DNA of 64,000 nt from Caldisericota bacterium (GTDB lineage Bacteria > Caldisericota > Caldisericia > Cryosericales > Cryosericaceae), in NCBI GenBank assembly GCA_026390155.1, contig JAPLGL010000092.1, forward strand, positions 630 to 64,629, given 5' to 3'. The notes beneath the pieces are model-generated. The model saw only the letters and a program-made list of their open reading frames with translations, was not told where the DNA came from and ran no database searches. Below are positions 49,960 to 58,698 of the stretch, piece after piece (position 1 is the stretch's first letter; each line of letters starts with the position of its first letter). A program made the position numbers and the translations under genes.

Positions 49960-50829
49960 TTATGCCTCCTTGTGGATTTCTGAGATTTCTTTGACAATGT
50001 CTATACGGCGGACGTAGATGAAATTGACTGCCAAAACCGCCAGGATGATCACTGCATTGTAACCAAGGGACCATGCCAGCGAGAACCCGCGCACCTGGGG
50101 CTCCAGGAACGTGTGGCGCAAAAGCATGGATTGAGAGCCGGGCAGCCACCGGACCACTGAGGGGTGCCGGATCCCGAACAGCCATGAGAGAATCATCATG
50201 GCACTGGCAGCGATAAACGAGAGAAACGCATTCCTCCACTGGAGCGAGAGTGCCATCTGAAGAAAGGATACTGCAAACAATGTGCCAAAGAACAGCGGGA
50301 AGATCCATCGCAGAAGGAGCGTGGCAACGCTCAGATCCTTTGGAATGGTTTGCCACATCCCGCTGGATAGTAGAAAAGGACTCAGGTGCGTTGACCAGGG
50401 GAGGGAACACCGGCTGACGATCAGGATCGTTGCAACACCGGTCACGACGTAGAAAAAGGACAGGATAAGGAGCGTCACGACCTCTCCGAGCCACCATTTC
50501 CGTCGTGAACCAATAAGAGGAATAAGTGAAACGCCCCTCTGCGACAGGTCTTCCTCTGCGATATTTCCGAACAGGTAGAAAAAGGAGAGGTAAGACAAGA
50601 ACCAGTGGACAAACTCAAGTAGAGAGTCATTGGTCAGACCAGGCCCGGAAAATGTAACAAACAGCACATCCCACACGTTCTTGGAAAGGACCGTTGGATA
50701 CGACACGACCTCATAAACGCCAAACAATCCGATCACAGCAAAGAGGACAACCGTCCACAGCAGGGACTTCCAGCGAAAGGCTGTTGTGACATTCAGACGG
50801 ATCACTCTTGAGAATGGCACGTTGCCCAT
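49960..50829 (-). CDS. ABC-2-like membrane protein
   Basis: About 6 TM; SRRKWW loop; coupled to the ATPase. Confidence 0.7.
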   Translation of the reverse strand: MGNVPFSRVIRLNVTTAFRWKSLLWTVVLFAVIGLFGVYEVVSYPTVLSKNVWDVLFVTFSGPGLTNDSLLEFVHWFLSYLSFFYLFGNIAEEDLSQRGVSLIPLIGSRRKWWLGEVVTLLILSFFYVVTGVATILIVSRCSLPWSTHLSPFLLSSGMWQTIPKDLSVATLLLRWIFPLFFGTLFAVSFLQMALSLQWRNAFLSFIAASAMMILSWLFGIRHPSVVRWLPGSQSMLLRHTFLEPQVRGFSLAWSLGYNAVIILAVLAVNFIYVRRIDIVKEISEIHKEA

Positions 50830-50838
50830 GGCCCCACC

Positions 50839-51687
50839 TTACGACCTGTCCTTTTCGGACAGGAAATCCTTTTTCCTGCAGAGCAGGAATCCAATCGTCG
50901 TGAAGAGGGCGATCCATACGGCCCAGTAGATGATGGAAGCACCAAAGGGGGGATAACCAGAAATTCTTGCGTCAAAGCTGTGAAAATCAAGCAGAAAATG
51001 AGTATGAATAGAAACATTATCAAGGTAATGGGGAATCCGTCCCTTATAGCCGAAATATCCGCCCACATTGATAATTGCCCCCGCCAGGAACCCGATTATT
51101 CCATTGTTAGCCAGGGCAGAAACAACGATAGTAACAAGCCCTAAACTGAACCAGCCGAAGACAAGGAGGGTGATGAGCTGCAGGAACGCACCGGACGGGG
51201 AAAGCACCAGGACGGCGGGATTGGGTTCTATTCTCCCTGCATACCCTCTGGCCAGTTCGCTCCATGAGGTACTCCAGGGAAACGCGAACGAAGCAACACC
51301 CCCGACAAGGACCAGCGCTATCGCTGTGTAAACAAGCACAGCGACGGTCAATGTCAAGACCTTGGTTAGCCACCATTTTCCTCGTGACCCAAGGCGGAAG
51401 AGAAGAAGTGCTCCAAAGCCCGTCTCCACTGGCAAATCACTGATCAGGAAAAGAAACAGAAGATTGATCAGAAAGAAAATCACGCCTCCATTTCCAAGAA
51501 TACTGAAGAGAGGATTCCATATGTTGGGAGACAGCCCCTGATTCTTGGCCACCACCAGCATATCGTCGCTCATGATATAGGCTGCAAATAATACCACAGG
51601 GACAACGATCAACCATCGTTTCTGCAGGATGTGTTGCTCAATACTGAATCTCAGAAATGAACGTGTCCTCTGTCGGGTTCTATTCAT
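50839..51687 (-). CDS. ABC-2-like membrane protein
   Basis: About 6 TM; R.GSRGKWWLTK loop. Confidence 0.7.
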   Translation of the reverse strand: MNRTRQRTRSFLRFSIEQHILQKRWLIVVPVVLFAAYIMSDDMLVVAKNQGLSPNIWNPLFSILGNGGVIFFLINLLFLFLISDLPVETGFGALLLFRLGSRGKWWLTKVLTLTVAVLVYTAIALVLVGGVASFAFPWSTSWSELARGYAGRIEPNPAVLVLSPSGAFLQLITLLVFGWFSLGLVTIVVSALANNGIIGFLAGAIINVGGYFGYKGRIPHYLDNVSIHTHFLLDFHSFDARISGYPPFGASIIYWAVWIALFTTIGFLLCRKKDFLSEKDRS

Positions 51688-52510
51688 AGATACGTTTCTT
51701 CTTTGCGAGTGCAAAAACGCCTATAGTGCTCAGGACAAACAGGGCACCAAGCTCGGTGAACGTTGTCACCGGCGAGGTTGTCTTATACAGAACAGGTGCA
51801 AAATTGAACAGCGGAGACCACCGCGCTATCCGGAGAACCGTTGTAACAAAGTGTGCAATCATGTAGAGAACAAAAGGAGCGGCAAGGACATGGTACCTGT
51901 TGCGAGTAACCAAGGACAAGGAAAGCCCTGCTGTGGCCCAAGCTGCGCCCCACAGGAAAGCAAGCCCGATAAGGAAAATGATGTACAGGTCTGGTTTTGT
52001 CCGGTAGAGGTAGCCAAAGGTCCCATTGGCATTCACCCAGGGAAGGCGTGCTCCTACCCACGCCTCACCAGGGGCAGGTATCGGAGGCAATCCTCGCTTG
52101 TAGAAGATATTGATGATGCCATATCCAACAAGAAGGGGGAGCGAAGTGCTGACCCCTCCTGCCAGCAGATTGGCAATGTACTTGGAAGTACGATATCTGC
52201 GGAACGAAGTCCTTGAAAGAATGAACGTGATATAGCCAGAAGAGCGGTCCGTGATAAAAGACGCAGCAAACGGGAGCACGACAATAAGGGGTGCAAGTAT
52301 GGCAAAGGGTCCACTCAGACCCATCGCCCAAAGAAACGCATCAAATGCATTCTGAGTAAAAGGGTAAAGGTACTGCTCTTCAGGGCGGATAAAAGGTGAG
52401 ACCGGCGGCCCATAGTCTCTCAGGCCGATGGCGAAACAGACGCTCGTGATCGCAAGCGCAAGCACAAATGCCCAGCTCAGGAGTGCCCGCCGGAATTCTT
52501 CTTTCAACAT
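51680..52510 (-). CDS. ABC-2-like membrane protein
   Basis: About 6 TM; DRSSGY..ILSR..Y..SK loop. Confidence 0.7.
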   Translation of the reverse strand: MLKEEFRRALLSWAFVLALAITSVCFAIGLRDYGPPVSPFIRPEEQYLYPFTQNAFDAFLWAMGLSGPFAILAPLIVVLPFAASFITDRSSGYITFILSRTSFRRYRTSKYIANLLAGGVSTSLPLLVGYGIINIFYKRGLPPIPAPGEAWVGARLPWVNANGTFGYLYRTKPDLYIIFLIGLAFLWGAAWATAGLSLSLVTRNRYHVLAAPFVLYMIAHFVTTVLRIARWSPLFNFAPVLYKTTSPVTTFTELGALFVLSTIGVFALAKKKRIYE

Positions 52511-52586
52511 CGAGGTTACCTCCTCCGTATTCTTCTTTCTTTCCATTTGGTGGCGAGAGGGTGAAGCTACGTCAGGCTACATGAAC

Positions 52587-52985
52587 TTATGGGGTATCCG
52601 GACTCCAGTACCCTATTCCTTCGATGTTAACAGGATCTGACCAACCTGATTGAAAAGTCATGTGGACACTCTGCCCGGCACTGGCCGTATTGGAGAACTG
52701 GACAAGAGTGCCATCATTGATCAGCTGTTTGGTCGATACCACGGTATTGTCAAGAAGTTCAAGGTAAGCCCACAGGTCATAATCACCACCTACTGAGATG
52801 CTGTGCACTGTACATGAACCATTGTAGGCCTTTTGCAGATTGCTCGTGCTTGCGGTACCACCAAGACGGCCTACCGTAAGATCATAGTAGGACCAAGTTC
52901 CCGCCGCAAGCGCCTTGCCAGTGATGATCACCGCGAGAAAACAGATAAGAACTACTGCCAGAAGACTTCTTACGTTCTTCTTCAC
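52587..52985 (-). CDS. Small secreted protein (DUF2712-like)
   Basis: Signal peptide ending ALA-A; C-terminal GYWSPD; start may be 53012. Confidence 0.6.
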   Translation of the reverse strand: MKKNVRSLLAVVLICFLAVIITGKALAAGTWSYYDLTVGRLGGTASTSNLQKAYNGSCTVHSISVGGDYDLWAYLELLDNTVVSTKQLINDGTLVQFSNTASAGQSVHMTFQSGWSDPVNIEGIGYWSPDTP

Positions 52986-53124
52986 TTCGGCCTCCTTTTT
53001 GGCCTTGTTCACGAACCTTCCCCTCTATTTCCAGGCTCCCTCTCGCCACCACGGCTCCTTACGGCCAGTTCTAGAGGTCACACCTGAAGCATCACCCACA
53101 GAGGGGATTCTTCAGGCAACAGCC

Positions 53125-53157
53125 AGCATACTCAGCGAAAGTTACGAAATGGTAACG
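53125..53157 (-). promoter_or_regulatory. Cassette promoter copy 3
   Basis: cGTTACcatttcGTAACtttcgctgagTATGCT. Confidence 0.75.
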
Positions 53158-53189
53158 GATTCACCCCAGCCTGACACAACGGCTCATAA

Positions 53190-53917
53190 ATGAACGCCTT
53201 GCATCACGAGCACCATTCATAGATACGTCTCTTCTTTGCGAGTGCAAAGATCCCAAGGATGCTCCGGAGGAATAGGGCACCAAGCTCGGCGAACGTTGTC
53301 CCCGGAGACGTTGACCTATACAGAAGGCAGGAAGAACTGAAGAGTGGGAGATTATTCCGCTATCCCGAGGATCTGTGTAACAAAATCTACGACGACATAC
53401 AGAAGAAAAGGAGCTGCAAGGACATGATACTGGTTGCGGACAACTGAGGATAACGAGAGTTCTGATATGGCCCAGACTGCGCTCCACAGAAAAGCAAACC
53501 CGATAAGGAACGGGGACTATGTGCTAACCTCTTCTGCCAGCAGATTGGCAACAACTTGGAAGTACGACATCTGGGAAACGAAGCCCTTGAAAGGATAAGT
53601 ATGACATATCCAGAAGGGCGGTCCGTGATAAAGGACGCAGCACACGAAAACATGGCAATCAACGGTGCCAAAATAGCAGAGGACTCATCCAGCCCAATTC
53701 CAAAGAGAGATGCATCAAACGCATTCTGATAAAAGGGGATATTCTTCCGGACGTTTGATAACAGGTGAGACTGGTGGCCCATGCTCTTCAAGACTGATGG
53801 CGAAGAGACCGCTCTTGGATGGCTTGTCCCGATGGGTGTCTCTAGGTTTGATCCTACGAAAGACGCCTTTCTCAGTAGGGAGCACCACAGGAAATACGGC
53901 GTGGCACTCCCTCAGAT
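53190..53917 (-). pseudogene. Decayed duplicate of permease 51680..52510 plus the start of the next gene
   Basis: PFYQNAFDA..AILAPLI..ASFITDRPSGY; 3' end nearly identical to 51684-51715; frameshifts. Confidence 0.85.
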
Positions 53918-53989
53918 ACTCGGTACTAATTCTGCATGTCCTCTCTGTCACTAGCTCAACTCACTTGCTCTTACCTCACCGACAAAGAA

Positions 53990-54826
53990 TCATCCTGCCA
54001 CGGATTGGTAATCCCACGATCCTCCAGCATGCACCTGAATATTGAGCTCCGGGTAATAATTGTATACAGGGATTCCTCCAGGATACACCGACCACATGAT
54101 GAAATGCCATTGTACCCATTTGTAGTACACCGTTTGATCAGCATTATAGTAGCCTTGTGTGGCATTTAGCCCTTCGTCGGTAAACAAAGATGCGTAGACC
54201 TGTCCGTAGGAGGATGGCAAAACGCTCGTTATGTGATACGAGTCCCACACCCAGTGAATGCGACAATAGAGACCATAGATAGGACTGCCAAGTCGATAGG
54301 CCACTACGCTAGGCGTGACATCATTGGATCCAGGCACCAATGCCTTGGGAGATGCAGTGGCCGGCTCTTCGTGAAACCAATCATTGCTCGTCGACTGCGC
54401 CTTGATTTGAGTATCGATGGCAGCTTGGAGATCAGGAGCTACACGTGGAACGATCTTCGATACGAGGTCGGCATTCCAGCGAACATGCACGCCTTTGGCG
54501 GGGTTGTCGGCATACGCGATCACTTCGGAAAGGTGGGATCTGCAGAACTCCTCGAAGTCCGCGTCGCTCATGGTCAGAACCTGTTGTGTGAACGCTTCCT
54601 CTTGGGACCGTGTCAGCACTTGATGGCCGGGGACTTTATCCAACAGTGACGCTGACGACGCTGTCATCGAGTAGATCGGTGAAGACAGTACCATTCCCCG
54701 GAATTGCTGATCATAGTGAATGGTCTCGGCCCTTAATATACAACCACTCGGAACAAGACAGACCGCAATTAGTGCGACGATGACAAGAATGGAACCTGTC
54801 ACACTGCCACGATGATGCCATTGCAT
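53990..54826 (-). CDS. Secreted hypothetical protein
   Basis: AGGAGG RBS; signal peptide; beta-rich aromatic C-terminal domain. Confidence 0.7.
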   Translation of the reverse strand: MQWHHRGSVTGSILVIVALIAVCLVPSGCILRAETIHYDQQFRGMVLSSPIYSMTASSASLLDKVPGHQVLTRSQEEAFTQQVLTMSDADFEEFCRSHLSEVIAYADNPAKGVHVRWNADLVSKIVPRVAPDLQAAIDTQIKAQSTSNDWFHEEPATASPKALVPGSNDVTPSVVAYRLGSPIYGLYCRIHWVWDSYHITSVLPSSYGQVYASLFTDEGLNATQGYYNADQTVYYKWVQWHFIMWSVYPGGIPVYNYYPELNIQVHAGGSWDYQSVAG

Positions 54827-54874
54827 CTATCACCTCCTGTTTCAGGCTCCGCACAATCTTGTGCAGGCAACAAT

Positions 54875-54998
54875 GGTATAGTCAGCGAAAGTAACGGAAT
54901 GGTAACGGAATCTTCCCTTCAGGGATGGTGTCTTGACCGTGAAGATCGCTGACACTCCTTGTTAAGCTGGTTCCGCTCCAGTTCTGGGTGAGTCGATG
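54875..54998 (-). promoter_or_regulatory. Cassette promoter copy 4 with about 110 bp shared with copy 5
   Basis: cGTTACcattccGTTACtttcgctgacTATACC. Confidence 0.75.
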
Positions 54999-55274
54999 CT
55001 GATCTGGCGCAGGAGTAGGTGTCGGCAGTAGAAAAGGGGGGAGGAGAGCAAGAGCGTGAGGGAAGGAGTGCCGGAGACCAGATCGTATTGCATCATCTAA
55101 GAATCATCGTGAACGTGTGAGTCATTGCAGCATCAAGAATCATGGCGAAATAATCTGGCGTGTTACAGCTCTGGGGAGTGCCTTGGGCGGCCATAGCTGT
55201 AGCAGGTAGGTACTTCGCTCCATGGAGAGAAGGTCCATGAACCATGGAAAGGACTTGTGCGTTGACATAAACTT

Positions 55275-55302
55275 GAAGCCCTTCCTGTTTAGGAAGGGCT
55301 TC
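55275..55302 (-). terminator. Hairpin after the cassette
   Basis: gaagcccttcct-gttt-aggaagggcttc. Confidence 0.7.
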
Positions 55303-55321
55303 TCAAGAATGTTCCTGTTTT

Positions 55322-55549
55322 CTATTTTTCCTTGTGGATTTCGGCCGTGACAATGTAGGCAATGCCTGCGACAAGCGCGATCCAGGAGAGCACACCAAAC
55401 AGGGACTTCATGTGCGTCATAAAAAAGAAAAGTGAAGGGGGCCAGTTGATCCCCCACTGTGCCTCGTTAATGAATGCAAGGATATACCGTATGCTCAAAA
55501 GATAAGCTGCAATACCAACGAGAACGATGCCAGCACCTCTTTTATTCAT
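55322..55549 (-). CDS. Small 2-TM protein (candidate immunity)
   Basis: AGGAG RBS; two hydrophobic helices. Confidence 0.65.
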   Translation of the reverse strand: MNKRGAGIVLVGIAAYLLSIRYILAFINEAQWGINWPPSLFFFMTHMKSLFGVLSWIALVAGIAYIVTAEIHKEK

Positions 55550-55560
55550 GCAATATTCTC

Positions 55561-56226
55561 CTAGTGCCAATAGGTTGTAGTGTAATCAACCCCGATACAT
55601 CTGATTGCATAGCCCCAACCAGCATAATAGGCATCTCCTAGCAGGGGATTGTACCAGACGTCAAAATCATTAACCTGATTGACAGGGTAAGCATCAATGC
55701 GGGCATATTCTCCGGAGGGAACTTGTGCAGTATATCCACAGGTTTGCATGACTGTAGCTGTTACCGTGAAACCAACACCGGCGCTAACTACGCTCGCCGA
55801 AACGCCTACATTGGCAGACCAGGAGTTGGCAACAGAAACAGTTTGGGAAAGAGTAAGACTCCTAGGGCCAGGCCCCCCTGAAGTTTCTGCGATTTTGCTT
55901 CCTCCATGCTGTTCATAGGTATAGGTACTAACGACATAGTAATAGGGAGATCCCCAATCAGGCGTTACTCCTGCACCCAGGGCGGTTTCACTATTAGCGT
56001 TCCCCTGATCGAAGTACAAAGTCGTTACTATAACCTTATCTATTACTGCTCCTTTTGGGAGAGATGCCTTTATATCAGACATACGGGCATTGAAGACTTC
56101 TTCCGCAGTAGAAGGAGCTGGCGGGTTGCCGGGATTGTCGGCAGAAACTGTCTTAAGACAAGTTGCATTCATACCCAAAGAAATCAACAGGACTACTACA
56201 ATAGACAGAACTGCCCTCTTCTTCAT
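55561..56226 (-). CDS. Secreted protein with a Ser/Thr-rich amphipathic beta-hairpin (aerolysin/ETX-like)
   Basis: Signal peptide; TLSQTVSVANSWSANVGVSASVVSAGVGFTVTAT. Confidence 0.6.
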   Translation of the reverse strand: MKKRAVLSIVVVLLISLGMNATCLKTVSADNPGNPPAPSTAEEVFNARMSDIKASLPKGAVIDKVIVTTLYFDQGNANSETALGAGVTPDWGSPYYYVVSTYTYEQHGGSKIAETSGGPGPRSLTLSQTVSVANSWSANVGVSASVVSAGVGFTVTATVMQTCGYTAQVPSGEYARIDAYPVNQVNDFDVWYNPLLGDAYYAGWGYAIRCIGVDYTTTYWH

Positions 56227-56364
56227 TTCTTATCCTCCTTGGATAACTTCTTACTCACTATTATGGACCTCTTTAATAACTGTTTCCTAAATTGAGCCAT
56301 TTAGTCAAGTCCACTTGCCTCTTCATGCACTCATGACCAGAGCCTCCTTTCAGCAGCAACTCAC

Positions 56365-56488
56365 ATTGTAACAACTGAAAGTAACAGAATGGTAACGGAA
56401 TCTTCCCTTCAGGGATGGCGTCTTGATTGTGAAAATCGCTGGCACTCGTTGGTAAGCTGGTTCACGTCTATTTTGGATGAGTCGATGC
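56365..56488 (-). promoter_or_regulatory. Cassette promoter copy 5
   Basis: cGTTACcattctGTTACtttcagttgtTACAAT. Confidence 0.78.
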
Positions 56489-56582
56489 GTTCTGTGGAAA
56501 CAATGGCCAACCTGTCTACACTGGAACTTGACAGCGCAACGCACACTGTCATGCTTCACACCCCGTTCCTCAGGAGGGACCG

Positions 56583-57068
56583 ATGGAAGGAGAACACTTA
56601 CTGGGCGCACTCCCGGTCCAGTGGCACAAGAGCTTGTTCAACATCACCCCGTGGACTATCGTGGTCACGAATGCTCGTATCATTGTCGCCAGGCTCACGC
56701 CAGCGATCCAGAAGCAGGCGGTCGATGCGCAAGTACAGGAGCAGGGAGGCGGTTTCCTCAAGCGCATGGCGGTCGCTGCCACCAGTGGGTTCAGGATGCA
56801 CCAGCGGTACCTCACCATGGACCCCGAGGCGGTGCTGGCCGAAACGCCCGAGAACTGGTGGGTCGACGCCGGTGGCGTCTCGCAGGTCGCGGTAGCAGAG
56901 GGACGCTGGGTCTCGGACCAGAACCGCCATCGGAAGCAGAACGACCACCAGCTCGTCATTGTGACGCAGCAGGGAAAGTTCTCCTACACATTCAAACCAT
57001 TGATGAACGCGGCGGACGCGGCCAACCTCCTCGCCCAAGTGTTCGGCGCGATGGTGACATTGCAGTAG
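56583..57068 (+). CDS. Hypothetical protein
   Basis: AGGAGG RBS; typical codon usage. Confidence 0.65.
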   Translation: MEGEHLLGALPVQWHKSLFNITPWTIVVTNARIIVARLTPAIQKQAVDAQVQEQGGGFLKRMAVAATSGFRMHQRYLTMDPEAVLAETPENWWVDAGGVSQVAVAEGRWVSDQNRHRKQNDHQLVIVTQQGKFSYTFKPLMNAADAANLLAQVFGAMVTLQ

Positions 57069-57145
57069 GAGCCTGTCGGGGTAGAGTCCTCCTTGCGCCT
57101 GATTGCCCTTTGTGCCTGCTCGCCTAGAATGGTTGCCGAGGTGCA

Positions 57146-57418
57146 ATGATGGCGACGGTGACCGTGAGAGTGTATCTGACAGAAGAGTTCAAGCAGGGAC
57201 CCGTTGCGGTGTCAGCCTCGACATGTATCGAAGCCCTGCGAAGCCTTGTTGCGGAGTATCCCGTTCTCAAGGGCATCATCCTCACCGGAGATTTGAAGCT
57301 GAAGCGGGACTACATCTACTTGCTCAACGGGAAGAGTGTTGAATTCCTGGGCAAGGAAGAGGCGCCGCTCAAGGATGGTGACTTCATAGCGCTCTTTCCA
57401 CCTGTCGGGGGTGGATAG
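57146..57418 (+). CDS. moaD: MoaD/ThiS sulfur carrier
   Basis: LLNG, DGD.IALFPPVGGG C-terminus. Confidence 0.85.
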   Translation: MMATVTVRVYLTEEFKQGPVAVSASTCIEALRSLVAEYPVLKGIILTGDLKLKRDYIYLLNGKSVEFLGKEEAPLKDGDFIALFPPVGGG

Positions 57419-57420
57419 TC

Positions 57421-57449
57421 AGACCAGGCGCTCAACGAGCGCCTGGTCT
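57421..57449. terminator. Hairpin between convergent genes
   Basis: agaccaggcgctc-aac-gagcgcctggtct. Confidence 0.7.
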
Positions 57450-57468
57450 CGTGATACAGAGCAGTCTC

Positions 57469-58698
57469 TTACAGGGCTACCTTGAAAACAGACGGATACA
57501 AGTCTGCGTGCGCGATGGTTCCGTGCAGGACAGGGTTGATCATGGAGCTGATGTCCGTCTGCTCTCTCATCATCCTGAGATAGACGCCGGGGTTGACGGC
57601 GCCTTCGCCCACGAAAACGAAGCCTCTCAACTTTCCGTCCTTGACCGCGATCTTGTGATACTCGCCGTCACTCACGTTCCTGTACACGTCACCTTCGTCC
57701 TGCGTGCTGAGCCCGCCGGTGAAGATGGTCAGTCCAAAGACCGTCAAGATATTCCTGAGGACATCGCCACCGTAGGGCATCTCCATGCCGAGCATATTCT
57801 CGGCAGCGTTGTTCGCTTGCTCTACGGCCACAGGCCAGAGAGCGTGAAGCGTCTTCTCGCCCAGCAGGATGTCGTCCGTCTCGACGGCATCCCCCGCGCC
57901 ATAGATACCCGGTACGCTTGTTTCAAGATATCGCCCAAGAACGATACCCTTGTTGAGCTGGACACCCGTGTTCTTCAGAAAGCTGGTGTTGGGGCGCACC
58001 CCTTTGCCATAAACGACGCAGGAGCCGCTGAGGATTTTCCCTGATGCGAGCTTCACCTCCAGGGCGCCGTCCTTCTCCTCTATTTCCTGGATGTCCTCGC
58101 CCTTGAGCAGCTCCACATCGAGTCCTGCAAACGACTTTTCGATGATTGCAGAGGCTTCTCGATCGACGATCTGGGAAAGCACCCTGTCCGAAGAGATGAC
58201 ATAGGTCACGGGGATACCAAGCTTCACGAGAGCATCGCCTATTTCGGCATTGACCAGCCCGGCGCCTGCCAGAATGACCCTCTTTTCTGTTGACTCCGCT
58301 ATCCTCTTCCGAATGACCTCGATATCTCCGATATTCCTCACACCGACCACCGAAGGAAGCCTGGCGCCGGGGATATCGGGGATGAAAGGAGATGTACCCG
58401 TCGCAATCAGGAGTCTGTCGTACTCGAACTGCTCGCCGTCGCTCGTATGGACAGTCTTCGAAACGGTGTCGACCCCGTCGACGTACTTGCCCAGCACGAC
58501 ATCGACCCCGTCCACCGAAGGCAGCGTGCAATTTGCAAACCAGGTCATCCCGGAAAGCATATAGGGAAGGGACATCTTGCCATATGGCGCGACTCCCTCC
58601 CCCGAGAGGACGGTCACCTCCTGCTCCGGACTGAGTTCCTTTATCCTCGTTGCAGCCGTAATCCCTGCAACAGAGGCTCCGATGATCACATGTTTCAT
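57469..58698 (-). CDS. FAD/NAD(P)H oxidoreductase (AorC-like)
   Basis: IIGASVAG, ATG, GVRPN and YGAGD. Confidence 0.82.
   Translation of the reverse strand: MKHVIIGASVAGITAATRIKELSPEQEVTVLSGEGVAPYGKMSLPYMLSGMTWFANCTLPSVDGVDVVLGKYVDGVDTVSKTVHTSDGEQFEYDRLLIATGTSPFIPDIPGARLPSVVGVRNIGDIEVIRKRIAESTEKRVILAGAGLVNAEIGDALVKLGIPVTYVISSDRVLSQIVDREASAIIEKSFAGLDVELLKGEDIQEIEEKDGALEVKLASGKILSGSCVVYGKGVRPNTSFLKNTGVQLNKGIVLGRYLETSVPGIYGAGDAVETDDILLGEKTLHALWPVAVEQANNAAENMLGMEMPYGGDVLRNILTVFGLTIFTGGLSTQDEGDVYRNVSDGEYHKIAVKDGKLRGFVFVGEGAVNPGVYLRMMREQTDISSMINPVLHGTIAHADLYPSVFKVAL

Noticed and set aside
44973-56397. The five repeats as a CRISPR array or integron attC sites
   Set aside because: Spacing is kilobases; the repeats are direct rather than palindromic and sit upstream of genes with a -10 box; no cas or intI genes are present.
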